From positions 1 to 64,000 of the forward strand of contig JAANOX010000081.1 in NCBI GenBank assembly GCA_020184695.1: 64,000 bases of DNA, in the 5' to 3' direction. Within the stretch, counting starts at the first letter, position 1, and the number at the start of each line of letters is the position of its first letter. The DNA is from Histomonas meleagridis 2922-C6/04-290x. Lineage: Eukaryota; Protista; Parabasalia. The notes below the pieces were generated by a model, which searched no databases, was not told the DNA's origin, and was given only the letters and a program-made list of their open reading frames with translations. The translations under genes and the position numbers were made by a program. Shown here piece after piece: positions 41,832 to 52,619 of the stretch.

Positions 41832-43693
41832 CAAAGAAGGTGATATGACATAAGATATAAGAATAGCATTTTGTTTGTTTTCATACTTTCTTTGATATTT
41901 TTTCTCGTTTCTCTTTTTGTGATTGTTTTTGAGGTTCTGTAATGACTTTTTTTGAAAATAAGAAATTTTTTATTTGAACTGATTAACATTTCTTCTTGCT
42001 TAAATTATTGTTTAGGAACCTAACTTTAGGTGGTTCTGAGTGCACATTAAAATTTTTGGAAAATAAATTTTTTTATGTTTAGAAAACATAAAAAATCATA
42101 AGAAGCATAATATGGCTTTGACTTTTTTGTAAATGTATTTTATGTTATTCAATCATTTTATGGTTGGAATTTGCTTAAAAGCGTTACAATATGTGATTCG
42201 ATATCAAATATTGTATAAATTTAAAAATCATCATTTGGCTAAAATGTTGTGAAAAATGAATCCTCTGCATATTCCAATTGATTAACATTAACAGTAATTA
42301 ACTTTAATGAAAAACTACAAAGCTGGATCATCAGCTGATGTTTAAGTTAAGAAATATTAATTATTTGAGAAAATGTGAATTCAATTGGATACGAATTTTC
42401 ATCATTAATCATATTAAATGTATTTACTACTGTGCCAAACAGAACCAGCTTTTTTCGGATTCAATGTATTTTCTGGTGTTTTAAAAGCTAAATATGTTAT
42501 GACATTGTCAACATTACCCAGTATTGATACATTTGCTACATTAAGTAATTCATGGATCCACAACCGAAGATTGTGACCCAATTCCAACATTCACTCCATA
42601 GAGAATTTATATAATCGCTTTTACTTTAGCATGTTTATTATCATTTACACTATTTCATTATATAATGCGATGATGTCTAATTCATTTACTGTTTTACGAC
42701 AAAGATATCACAAACGTATATTCGCAATTTATATTTTATAAATATACATTAAATGCTTATTCAACGTTTTACAGTTATTGCTTAGCTTTCTTCACTTTAA
42801 TTTTCCATAGTGGGCACTATTAAGTGACGGAGGACTCACTACATCTGAACTTGCTTAAGCATTTCAGACCAAAAATTATTTATAAAACATTATGTAAAAT
42901 ATTCTTTTTGTAAAAATTTTTAGTTTTTTACAATTAATTAATTTAAAGAATGTTTACTTTGAATACATTATAAAGGTTTTATGCAAGTGCATGATGCTGC
43001 ATAATGAAACGCATGAACTAATAAAAATTCTCTTTTTGTATGTTTTTAATTCATCGTGTTTTCTTGGTTGCGAACGATGTCTTCTTCTTTCTTTTATTTT
43101 TTAACAGGAATTTTATACAATTTGGTTATGGAACCTTCTGTCACTTTTTATAATAAACATTGAGTTTCAGCTTTGTGAACATCTTCCGATGCAAAAATAA
43201 TAAAACACGTATCAGCAAAAGTTTAACCAATGAAATAACTAAAAGGCGAAGCGGTTGAAGCTCTCTGTATCGTTTTTGACTTATTTATCAATAAGTTTCT
43301 CAAGTTTTCTCACGAATGTGTTATTTCTTTTTGGCTTTCCCCATACATTTCTTTCGCTCATTATAAATTTCTCCACAAAATTCAGGTTTAAAGATTTTTG
43401 GTGATCAATTATTTATTTCTCAAACTTTCAAACATTACACTTGCCTTACTTCGAAATCCAAAGAGGACATATACTTTACATCCTCATCCCATGAAAAAGC
43501 GAATGTATCCATTAAAGTAACAAATTTTATTATTCTAAAAGATAATGAAACCTATACATTTAACATCAGTGCAGAAAAATGTCATTGGCATTTCCCTTTA
43601 TTAGAATTACCAATTTCATATGTTAAACATTATTTCAAATTCTTTTCTTTAGTATTTAATCATTTCACATTCAAAGAACACTTAGCATTTTCA

Positions 43694-44065
43694 ATGAATA
43701 ATATTTTCATAAAGAAAATGTTCAAATTCATTAAAGTTATTCAAGTTCTGATGCATAACATTTTTATTTTGGGATTTTTATTATTTTTTGAAATTAAACT
43801 TTTAATGAACAAACTGAAAACATGCGAAAAGAAAAAACATAAAAACGTTTTAATTTTTGTTATATTTTTCATAAATTCTTTTCAAATATTATATGATAAT
43901 AACTCAACATTAATAATAACAAATTTAAATGATTTTACTGAGATTGATCAATATAAAAACGTCACGAAATTTGTAAGCATTAGTGAAGGAATTTCTTCGA
44001 TTCCGAGTGGTGCATTTTCGGAATGGCCATTAATTATTTCAGTTAATTTTGGTAATTCTATATAA
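43694..44065 (+). pseudogene. Truncated BspA-like gene (leader plus first LRR only)
   Basis: VLIFVIFFINSFQILYDNNSTLII...ISEGISSIPSGAFSEWPLI parallels the BspA at 30927-32816 (FTNAFQIYITENNTLL...EFSEWPML), then stops. Confidence 0.6.
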
Positions 44066-44222
44066 ATTCAAAAATTCAGTGGTTTATTTAGGTAAAACAT
44101 CTTCCAATTAAATGCCAAGGGAAATCATCGCAAAATCTTCTTCGTTCATATGACAAATTATTGATACTTATTTTGATCAAAATACTTGTTGCTTTGTAAT
44201 AAATTGTTCAAAAAATTTAGAA

Positions 44223-44822
44223 TCAAAAGATGGTGCAAGGTGAACCATTATTTTTTTCTTGAGGTTCTTCGGGTTTTTTAGCATCTTTTTGTTGAATATA
44301 CTTTTTGATCAAAGAGATGAACATGTCATCAACACCATCTCCAGTTGCAGCGCTCGTTTCAAAGTACATGCACTTTTTACATAATTCTTCAACTCTTTTG
44401 ACCGCTGCTTCGTGCGTTATTTTGCGGGATTTGATATCTTTCAAATTTCCGCAAAAACAAAAAATAGCATCTGGTTTGGAACTTTGTGCATCATCAAGCC
44501 ATCCTTCTAAAGATTCGAATGATGTCTGACTTATTTCATCAGTTTCAGGATCTCCTACAGCAAAAACAATTATAATAATATCAGAATCACGATAGCAAGA
44601 CCTCAAAAGGTTTTTATATTGTTTCCGTTGTGAAGGAGTATCAAAGATTTTAATGTTAAACTCTTTATCATCTATAACAACTTTTTTGGATAATGCATTT
44701 AAAGCGATAGTTGCTGTTGTCTCTTGGAAAGTTCCATCAACAAAACGTGATACAACTGCTGTTTTCCCAACAAGCGAATCTCCTACAACAGCAATTGTTA
44801 TATTTCGAGGATCCTCACACAT
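44223..44822 (-). CDS. Divergent Rab-like small GTPase
   Basis: G1 GDSLVGKT, G3 DTPSQ, G4 GNLKD, G5 ETSA and C-terminal CTIF. Confidence 0.88.
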   Translation of the reverse strand: MCEDPRNITIAVVGDSLVGKTAVVSRFVDGTFQETTATIALNALSKKVVIDDKEFNIKIFDTPSQRKQYKNLLRSCYRDSDIIIIVFAVGDPETDEISQTSFESLEGWLDDAQSSKPDAIFCFCGNLKDIKSRKITHEAAVKRVEELCKKCMYFETSAATGDGVDDMFISLIKKYIQQKDAKKPEEPQEKNNGSPCTIF

Positions 44823-45240
44823 CCCAAATAAAAAAAAATGCCACTTTAATAAACGATTAAAACCAATTCAAATAAAATGTTTTCAGTTCACTTGTCAAAT
44901 TGTTGCTTAAACAAAGAATTCCTCCAAAATATAACAAAGTATTTTAATTAAACTTATATATATAAAATATAAATTAAATTCTATTTAATTGTACCTCGAA
45001 TTCCATTGACGAATTTTTTATGATATTTCAAAAATTAATAATCGAATCACAGATGCTAAATATCCTGTATAACATTAAAACCAAAGTAATTCTAAATCTA
45101 ATCGTTTTATCACGGATAAAGTTCATTTTTATTAAGTTTTTTCGTTCAACACTTCGAAATGTATAAAATAACCGCTATGTAACGATTCAAATTGAATAAA
45201 ATTTGGTGGTCTATCGTTATATGGAATTGGTAAGGGTTAA

Positions 45241-47334
45241 ATGTTTGTTTTCTTCTATTTCTTCTTATTTTCCGAAGAACTAATACTTAATGCAAAATAC
45301 AATACAACATATGCAAATGGGGCTGGTGGAGTTTATCTCAATTGGACAATTAATGATCAAGAAAAAAATCAAACTGATTATTATAAAATATTTTTGGAAA
45401 CAAAAAGCGGCTGGGAACCAGCTAGCACGCACAAATGGGGAACTACTATCAATGTTTTAAATATTTATCCATCAAATAGTATCAATGGTACAGCTTTGAT
45501 TAACATTGATGAATGCGAACCTTTTTTAACAAATGATGAAGTATATATGAGCTTTACGTCTGGTTCTATATCAAATTATCCCAAATCAGCTTCTTTAAAA
45601 GTTTGGATGGAAGGTAGCTATATTGAAAACGATAATTACGATGCTTGTGGTGCTGATTCTAATGGTGAACAAATTATTAATGTAACACTCAAATCTATAG
45701 ATGATTTTGAAAAAGAGTTGGAAAACACCAATCAAACATGGTTGTACCATTTTGATGTCACTGCTTTTGGATTTTGGGATTATAGTGACTGCTACTCAAT
45801 CAAAACAGAAACAGCAGAAGGAGTTATCAGTGATTACATTAAAAAAGGATATGGCTTTATTACTGGACATGATTCGATCGTCTCTGGTTTTGAAGATAAT
45901 GAAGGTAATGCCGAAGGTATAGTTGCTATTCGAAAGTTGTTCAATATTACAGTTAAAGACCATGATAAAGATTATTTCAATTACATAGAGTCTGACAAAA
46001 TAGAAGTTCACAAGCAAGGATTACTTTTAATGTACCCATGGAACCTCATTAATAGGGAAGAAGAAGAAGAGTCAATTAATTTTTCTCACACTTCGCATCA
46101 TAAGGCCCATGGTGATATTTGGTTTTCATTTGCTAGTACCCCCAAATATAATACAACCAACTGCAATGAAACAGATAATTTCTATCTTACCACATTTGGA
46201 AACACAGCAATGGTTCAAACAGGTCACACTGGTTCGGCAACATCTTTTGAACGAAAAATCCTTGCCAACACTATATTTTATCTTAAGCAAAGAACTAATG
46301 AAACTGAGTTTGAAGATCATTATCTTAATTTGCCTGACACATCGCAACCAGAAATTAATGAGATAGTAATAGATCAAGCAAATTATTTAATAACAATTGA
46401 AGCAAATGTTGGTACACAATATACATTTAAAGTTGTTGCATATAATAGTACAGGCCAAAGCATCAATGAGTCAGAAGTTGTTGTTAATGTTACTAAAGGA
46501 ATCGCTTATTATAATTATACATTTAGCGCTAATGCTAATTGTGAGTTACATGATTTAACAAATATAACTTATGATAATACTATTAAATTTACAACTAATG
46601 ATGTTGTGGATCAAATGTATCTTCATGTTGCTCCAACAGATAATAAAAATATCACAGGAAATATTACTACAGTTAGACTAAATTTCTCTACGAATACATT
46701 TTCCCAATCGAATACACATTCATCACACACATTCAGTCGAAGTAATACATATTCTGATTCAAATACATTTTCAGCTCCGCATTCATTCAGTAGTAATAAT
46801 ACATATTCAAAATCAAATGCATTTGCTGAATCATTTCAAAGTGATTTAACGAAATCTTTTTCATATTTATTAACATTCACATTATCTATTACACATTCGT
46901 TTACTTATTATGAATTGCAAACGAAATCGCTTTCACTAATTGCAATTAATTCATCGTATATTTATATTGAAACAGAATTTATATATTATGATTACACAGT
47001 TATTATTTATTCGACATATTATATTTATTATTCGAACTTCTTTACATTTATTTATAATAACGAATTTCAAACAAATGATAATAAAACAACAATTATCATA
47101 ATAATCGTTTGCGTTATTGTTATTATTATTATTATTATAATTTCATTACTAATTATATTATTGATACGAATTAAAAATAAAAAAGAAGAAATTGTTGAAA
47201 ATGAAATTTCAGAACAACAAAATGATAATAACCAAACAACAAACACACTCACAACAGTAACATCTATTTCAAATATTGAAGAAGATCCATTTGCAGATGA
47301 TTTCAAAGAAGACAAATTCATTGTGCAAATGTAA
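45241..47334 (+). CDS. Surface protein: bacterial-like extracellular domain on the BspA-type stalk/TM/tail
   Basis: Signal-like N-terminus; INVLNIYP...GYGFITGHD...YPW...NFYLTT.GNTAMVQTGH...ERKILANTIFYL; C-terminal stalk, TM and IEEDPFADDFKEDKF. Confidence 0.8.
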   Translation: MFVFFYFFLFSEELILNAKYNTTYANGAGGVYLNWTINDQEKNQTDYYKIFLETKSGWEPASTHKWGTTINVLNIYPSNSINGTALINIDECEPFLTNDEVYMSFTSGSISNYPKSASLKVWMEGSYIENDNYDACGADSNGEQIINVTLKSIDDFEKELENTNQTWLYHFDVTAFGFWDYSDCYSIKTETAEGVISDYIKKGYGFITGHDSIVSGFEDNEGNAEGIVAIRKLFNITVKDHDKDYFNYIESDKIEVHKQGLLLMYPWNLINREEEEESINFSHTSHHKAHGDIWFSFASTPKYNTTNCNETDNFYLTTFGNTAMVQTGHTGSATSFERKILANTIFYLKQRTNETEFEDHYLNLPDTSQPEINEIVIDQANYLITIEANVGTQYTFKVVAYNSTGQSINESEVVVNVTKGIAYYNYTFSANANCELHDLTNITYDNTIKFTTNDVVDQMYLHVAPTDNKNITGNITTVRLNFSTNTFSQSNTHSSHTFSRSNTYSDSNTFSAPHSFSSNNTYSKSNAFAESFQSDLTKSFSYLLTFTLSITHSFTYYELQTKSLSLIAINSSYIYIETEFIYYDYTVIIYSTYYIYYSNFFTFIYNNEFQTNDNKTTIIIIIVCVIVIIIIIIISLLIILLIRIKNKKEEIVENEISEQQNDNNQTTNTLTTVTSISNIEEDPFADDFKEDKFIVQM

Positions 47335-48326
47335 CTAAATTAAATATATAATAAAATATAGTGTGTATTAAAGTAAATCATTTTTAGTTTCGTGTTTTTT
47401 GTTTTTAAAAAACTTCTGAAATCAAAAATCATGAAAACTTAAAATATTTATTTTTTCAGTCAAAACCGATCAAGCTGCAAAACGATTTGACTTATTTTGA
47501 CAATAATTTGCCATAAACTGTTATTAGGGGCGCCCTGTAAATTTCATTTTAAGTAAACTATATAAATCGGTTTGTAAATCTATAAATGGCCAGTTGGTTG
47601 TAACATCATGTTTGAAAATCATAAAAATTAAAGATAAATAATATGAACATATTCATTCACCATATTTTATCTCAATCAAAATTAACTTATTGAATTTAAT
47701 GATTATGATTTCATAAGAAGATGATCATTTGTGATTGATTTCATATACTGTTATTTCCGCTTGAATTATCATATTAAATTTGAAACGCCAAAAATAATAA
47801 GAAAATTAATAAGAACCCTATCATCTTCATCAGCAACAGCAAAAATTACAAAAAGAATTATGGTGGCAAATATCGAAGCTGCGGGTAATATTGTATTTGT
47901 AAGTGATAATTGATAAAGAGTATTTTCAACTTTTAAGTTATTTTTTGAAATAATCACGCTACCATAAATTGAATTATGGGAGCTAATTCAGTAAGTTGAA
48001 ATATACCTAAAAATATGACGAAGGCTTCTCCAACTGTTTCCATTTTGCAGAAACAAATTAATTTTATAACAATTCAAAAATTCTCTTTCATCACTAAACA
48101 TCTTCTAAATTTTCTTCTTTTCTCTTGGTTTAATAATATATTCTACTACTTATTGAAATTTCAATAAAAAATTTATTTTACAAGATAACAAATATCTAAA
48201 AATGATAAATAACCACTAAGTAAATAACTATAAGATAGTTACAATGATCATGCAAATTAAAAACCGTTGCGAAACAAAAGTGAAATGAACAAAAATTCTG
48301 TGGTTTACAAGGTGTTAGATTCTTGA

Positions 48327-49262
48327 ATGGGAGAGAAAACCTGTTTCCAAAATCCAGTTGAAACATGTGAATCAGAAGATCCACTTGAACTTACAAAGCT
48401 CAATAAGTGTATTAACAGCGAAGCCGATATGGTTAAATGGGAAAGTTCGCCTGCATATAACAATATTTTTAGTGTTCTCCAACTTTTAAATAACTCAGTA
48501 CAATCTAAACCCCGCAGTACCCCACATCCAAAGAGCCCAATAGTTGTTGCTTTATTAAATTCGTTGGGAAAAGTTAGGGAAATTTTGAATTCAGTTGAAC
48601 CACTTCAACAACCAATGCGTTACGGTAACCGCGCATTTCGCACATTTTTGTCCACGGTTAATGAAAAGCGTGCAGAAATTTTGAAAGATGTAACTGATAA
48701 TTGGGAAGCACATGATTATTTTGTCCAATCATTTGGAAGCTGGACTAGAATTGATTTTGGCACAGGCCATGAGTTGAACTTTCTTGCATTTATAACATCA
48801 CTTGCTGTCCTAAATTTGATAACTCCCGAAGATGGGCCAGCAATTGTCTTTGATGTCTTCTGGGAATACTGGAATTTACATACTGAGGTCAAAGCGAAGT
48901 ATCACCAAGAGCCTGCTGGTTCACATGGTGCATGGAGTATTGATGATTATGTTTTCCTTCCATTCCTTTTTGGCTCTTCTCAGCTTATTAATCATCCCGA
49001 CATCACGCCTGCAAATGTTATTGACCCAAACGTTGCTAAAAACAATCGAGATGAATATGCATATTGTCGATGGATCGATTATATCTATCATGAAAAGTTC
49101 GGAGCCTTTGCAGAACACTCAAGGATGCTATACTCATTGAGAAATCTTCCTCATTTTGTTAAGCTTAACGGAGGAATGATTAAAATGTATCAAGGCGAAG
49201 TTATGGACAGATTCCTTGTTGTACAACACTTCAGGTTTGGAACATTGCTTAAATGGGAATAA
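48327..49262 (+). CDS. PTPA: PP2A phosphotyrosyl phosphatase activator (PTPA/Rrd)
   Basis: MRYGNRAFR, SFGSWTRIDFGTGHELNF, EPAGSHGAWSIDDY.FLPF.FGSSQL and FAEHS.ML, followed by VVQHF.FG. Confidence 0.97.
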   Translation: MGEKTCFQNPVETCESEDPLELTKLNKCINSEADMVKWESSPAYNNIFSVLQLLNNSVQSKPRSTPHPKSPIVVALLNSLGKVREILNSVEPLQQPMRYGNRAFRTFLSTVNEKRAEILKDVTDNWEAHDYFVQSFGSWTRIDFGTGHELNFLAFITSLAVLNLITPEDGPAIVFDVFWEYWNLHTEVKAKYHQEPAGSHGAWSIDDYVFLPFLFGSSQLINHPDITPANVIDPNVAKNNRDEYAYCRWIDYIYHEKFGAFAEHSRMLYSLRNLPHFVKLNGGMIKMYQGEVMDRFLVVQHFRFGTLLKWE

Positions 49263-49576
49263 AATATTTTTCATCCTTTTTATTTATTTTGAACGCATTG
49301 AAGTTTTTATACATTTATTCCTTTTTTACCAATTCAACAAAGAGGAGCATTTTTCTATTTGACGAGAAAATCTTGTATTTGCATACATCTAGATGATTTA
49401 TGTGAAAATAATTGATAAATTTACATATTAATATAAACGTAAAAATAGTAGGAAAATATGTTAAGTGAGATGCCTCATTTTCTCTTTAATTTTAAACTAC
49501 GATTGTTCGCAAATTAGCGCAGAAATTGAAGCTTTGTTTTGGAAACGATTATTTTCGTCTGAATTCAGACAGATTT

Positions 49577-49596
49577 GACGGTTTGGTCATGCCTTT
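49577..49596 (+). promoter_or_regulatory. M3 + M5 core promoter of second RPL23A copy
   Basis: GACGGTTT-ggtcatg-CCTTT-ta-ATG. Confidence 0.75.
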
Positions 49597-49598
49597 TA

Positions 49599-50017
49599 AT
49601 GTCTGGAAAAGCCGAAGCAGCAGCAAAAGCAGCAGAACAAGGCCAAAAAAAGCAAATTAAGAAGACAAGGAACTTCAAGAAATTCCAAAAGCCAAAGGCT
49701 TCTATTCCAGCAAAGAAGCCCTGAAATGCGAACATAAAGCAGTTCAACCAGTTTCATTAAAACGTAATGATTACAAGATCATCAAAGGTCCAGTTACATC
49801 AGATAAAGCATCACGTAAGCTTGAAGATGAAAACACAATGACCTTCTATGTTGATATTCGTGCCAAGAAACCAGAAATTGCAGCTGCTATTAATCGTCTT
49901 TATCATGTTAAGCCAGTGAGCGTCAAGACACTTATCACCCCTAAGTTCCTTAAGAAGGCATATGTTCGTCTTCCAGAGGAAGTTGAAGCTATGAATCTTG
50001 CCAACGAAATGGCTTAA
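49599..50017 (+). pseudogene. RPL23A: Second RPL23A copy with a local +2 frameshift/stop (or assembly error)
   Basis: By eye identical to the reverse complement of 19976-20392, except CCCTGAAATGCGAACAT replaces CCACAATACGAACAT near 49720. Confidence 0.9.
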
Positions 50018-50259
50018 AGTAATAAATGCTTCTGAAGTTCCCAATTATTTTTTTTTATTCGTTTATTAGCTTTTTACCATTAATTAAAAAAATTGATTCA
50101 TGAATTTAATTGATCAAGTTCTTTATCCAAAAAAATCAAAAGCTTTCAATCGTTGGATAAAAAAGTTTAACGTTTCATTTACCTTTTATTAATTACATAA
50201 TTATTCCTAAAAGAAAATATATAAAATTTGATGTAACTTTACAACACTTAAGTTAATAT

Positions 50260-51309
50260 CTAACTGTCGTCCAGAATTTTCACCACGTCCGCTGGCACAA
50301 GCCCCACACAATCATTTATGTTCTTGCACCTCAAGAAGTCGCCGACTTGCTCCAGCACGAGCACTCGTTCGTCAGCTCTTACATCAATTTGTTCTCTCAC
50401 GCCTCTAAAGTCCTTTGTCGCATATCCAATCTTTGCACCATTTGCAATATCCTTTTCCCAACACTTCGATAAGTTGAGAAACTTCGATGTAGTTGGAGGC
50501 ACAGTGACCCATTGGAAATTAATCGATGCTTCGGGCTCTTTAATGTCGTTGAAGCTCGAAATCGTTTTCGCATCAGTCGTTAAATCATGTTCGTTAATAG
50601 CATCTTTGATGCCTTTCGAGGTGTCGTTGAAGAGACGAGCTGTGCGCTCGAGATCATTAGAAAGTTTAGTAAGTGTTTCGCGTATGCTCGTAATACGCCA
50701 TTGTTCAATTTGCTCAAAATCAGAAAGAACGCGATCATATTCGGTGGACATGGAAAAGCGTTGATAATTGAATTCTTTGTGGGCTTCAACTGCTGCATTT
50801 TGCGCTTTGACAAATTCATCTCGAAGTTGTTGAAGTTTGGGAGATTTGGAGTCATACGCTTCTTGAACTGCTTTCCAGGCATTTTCATATTGTTTACGCG
50901 CTTCGCGATAATGTTCATTTGCATTTTTGACTGAATGAACACTTTCTAATGCATGGCGAAGTAAATCTTCACATTTGGATTTGTACTCATCCATTGTAAT
51001 CTGAATGTTATCGGCAGCTCGAAAACGGATTGCTTGCATAAGATGATTAAAATTGGATGATGGATTAATTACATTCTTTGAAAGACGAAGCCATGTATGG
51101 TGAAGATCCGATCGAAATTTGCCTTCAGGTGGATATAGTTTTGACAGTGGTTCATTTGATAATTTTTGAAGATCTTCGACAAGTTTTTGAAGTTTTTCTC
51201 CATTATTTACTAGATGTTGATGAACAATGCTCATTACATGGAAGTTGCCCCGACAAGTTGCTCTGATAAGTGAAAATGTTTCTGTGTATTTGAGAATATT
51301 TATTTGCAT
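50260..51309 (-). CDS. F-BAR (FCH) plus C-terminal SH3 protein
   Basis: Long helical coiled-coil body with ...FEQIEQWRI..IRE, then an SH3-like tail YATKDFRGVREQIDVRADE.VLV...RCKN...VGLVP. Confidence 0.8.
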   Translation of the reverse strand: MQINILKYTETFSLIRATCRGNFHVMSIVHQHLVNNGEKLQKLVEDLQKLSNEPLSKLYPPEGKFRSDLHHTWLRLSKNVINPSSNFNHLMQAIRFRAADNIQITMDEYKSKCEDLLRHALESVHSVKNANEHYREARKQYENAWKAVQEAYDSKSPKLQQLRDEFVKAQNAAVEAHKEFNYQRFSMSTEYDRVLSDFEQIEQWRITSIRETLTKLSNDLERTARLFNDTSKGIKDAINEHDLTTDAKTISSFNDIKEPEASINFQWVTVPPTTSKFLNLSKCWEKDIANGAKIGYATKDFRGVREQIDVRADERVLVLEQVGDFLRCKNINDCVGLVPADVVKILDDS

Positions 51310-51613
51310 TTCATGTGGAACCGTTAACTTTTATATTTTAAAAAAAGTCAAAAAAATTTATGAAATGAATTGAAAATTGAAGCATAAAATTACGGTTATT
51401 ATCCTCACTCTGGGAACTTCCCAGTAAAAATTTTTAAGTTTCGAATGCATTCGGATAATTTTTTGTTTTTATCCTAAAAGAAACCAAATAAGAAAACAAA
51501 TGCTGTCAAAAAAATTGTTTTAATTTGATTTTCTAATGTATGGAAAAGAATATAAAAACTAATGCTTCTTATCCAACGTATAAAACAAAATAGAATATGC
51601 TCGTTAAACAATT

Positions 51614-52261
51614 TTAGTCAAGTAAAGATTCCCTTTTTCTTTTGAACCTTCTTATTAAAGATGCAATTTTTTGCTTGTTAGAGTATATTAAAAGAGCAAC
51701 TGCAGCAAACGCAATGACAAGAAATATTCGGATTCCTTTTCTTTGTTTTTGTGGTGGATTTGATACAATTCTTTGTCTTGGTTTTTCTCGATCTACATTG
51801 TTTCCAATGACAGCGTAGTTGGCGTTGTTGTTTTTTTCACTTATTCTACTAAACACTGTATTACGTTGATTCATGCGATTTATTCTTTCTCTTTCCAAAT
51901 CTCTTTGAATTCTTTCGTGATTTAACCTATCATTCATGATGTGTATGCGATCGTCTATAATTCTTCTGAAATCTGGAAAATCATTGGTGCCTAATTTTTT
52001 AATTTCATTCATGAAAATATGGCGTTCATTTTCTTGTTCATCTTTAGGAAGATGGGAAACAATTTCTTCAAATTCATTAATGAATTTTGCTTTCTCATTT
52101 TCTCTAAGTTCATTTGGCATATCATTGAAAAGATGGAATACATGATCAAGATGTCGATAAAAATCTATCAGCTCTCTTTCTACACTATGTGATGGAGGAA
52201 CACCGATGTCGAAATCTTTTTCTATTGAGCTGTGAAAAGAAAGCAGCAACAAAAAAATCAT
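51614..52261 (-). CDS. Hypothetical single-pass membrane protein
   Basis: ATG at 52261, signal peptide MIFLLLLSFH, charged helical domain, TM IFLVIAFAAVALLIY and a basic tail. Confidence 0.7.
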   Translation of the reverse strand: MIFLLLLSFHSSIEKDFDIGVPPSHSVERELIDFYRHLDHVFHLFNDMPNELRENEKAKFINEFEEIVSHLPKDEQENERHIFMNEIKKLGTNDFPDFRRIIDDRIHIMNDRLNHERIQRDLERERINRMNQRNTVFSRISEKNNNANYAVIGNNVDREKPRQRIVSNPPQKQRKGIRIFLVIAFAAVALLIYSNKQKIASLIRRFKRKRESLLD

Positions 52262-52619
52262 TTTGTGAATCAAACGGTTATTTTTGAATGGTTAACAGCC
52301 GTTCGGGGCTTCAATTTAAACCGCCCTGATTTGTGTTGCTACTTGGCCTCGAAAAAATGCTTAGTTTGACAAAACAACTAAATATTGAATAAAAAATAAT
52401 AATAAAATTAACAACAAAGTTGCAGCCTGTTATAATAAACCTTAAGTGACATATTCTGTTTCTTTTTTGATCAAATAAAAAAATACCTTTTCCAAAAAGT
52501 CAGTGTTATCAAAAAAAGGTAACCGTTAAATGGAACCAGACATTTAAACGGTCGGGAATGGTTTTTAAAAAAACAAAATAGTCAAATATTTAACTGGTTC
52601 TGTTAATTTACTATGCAAA

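Noticed and set aside
47731-48110. Small hydrophobic ORFs on the minus strand
   Set aside because: They may be a decayed membrane-protein relic, but they are fragmentary, lack a clear start and match no family I recognise.
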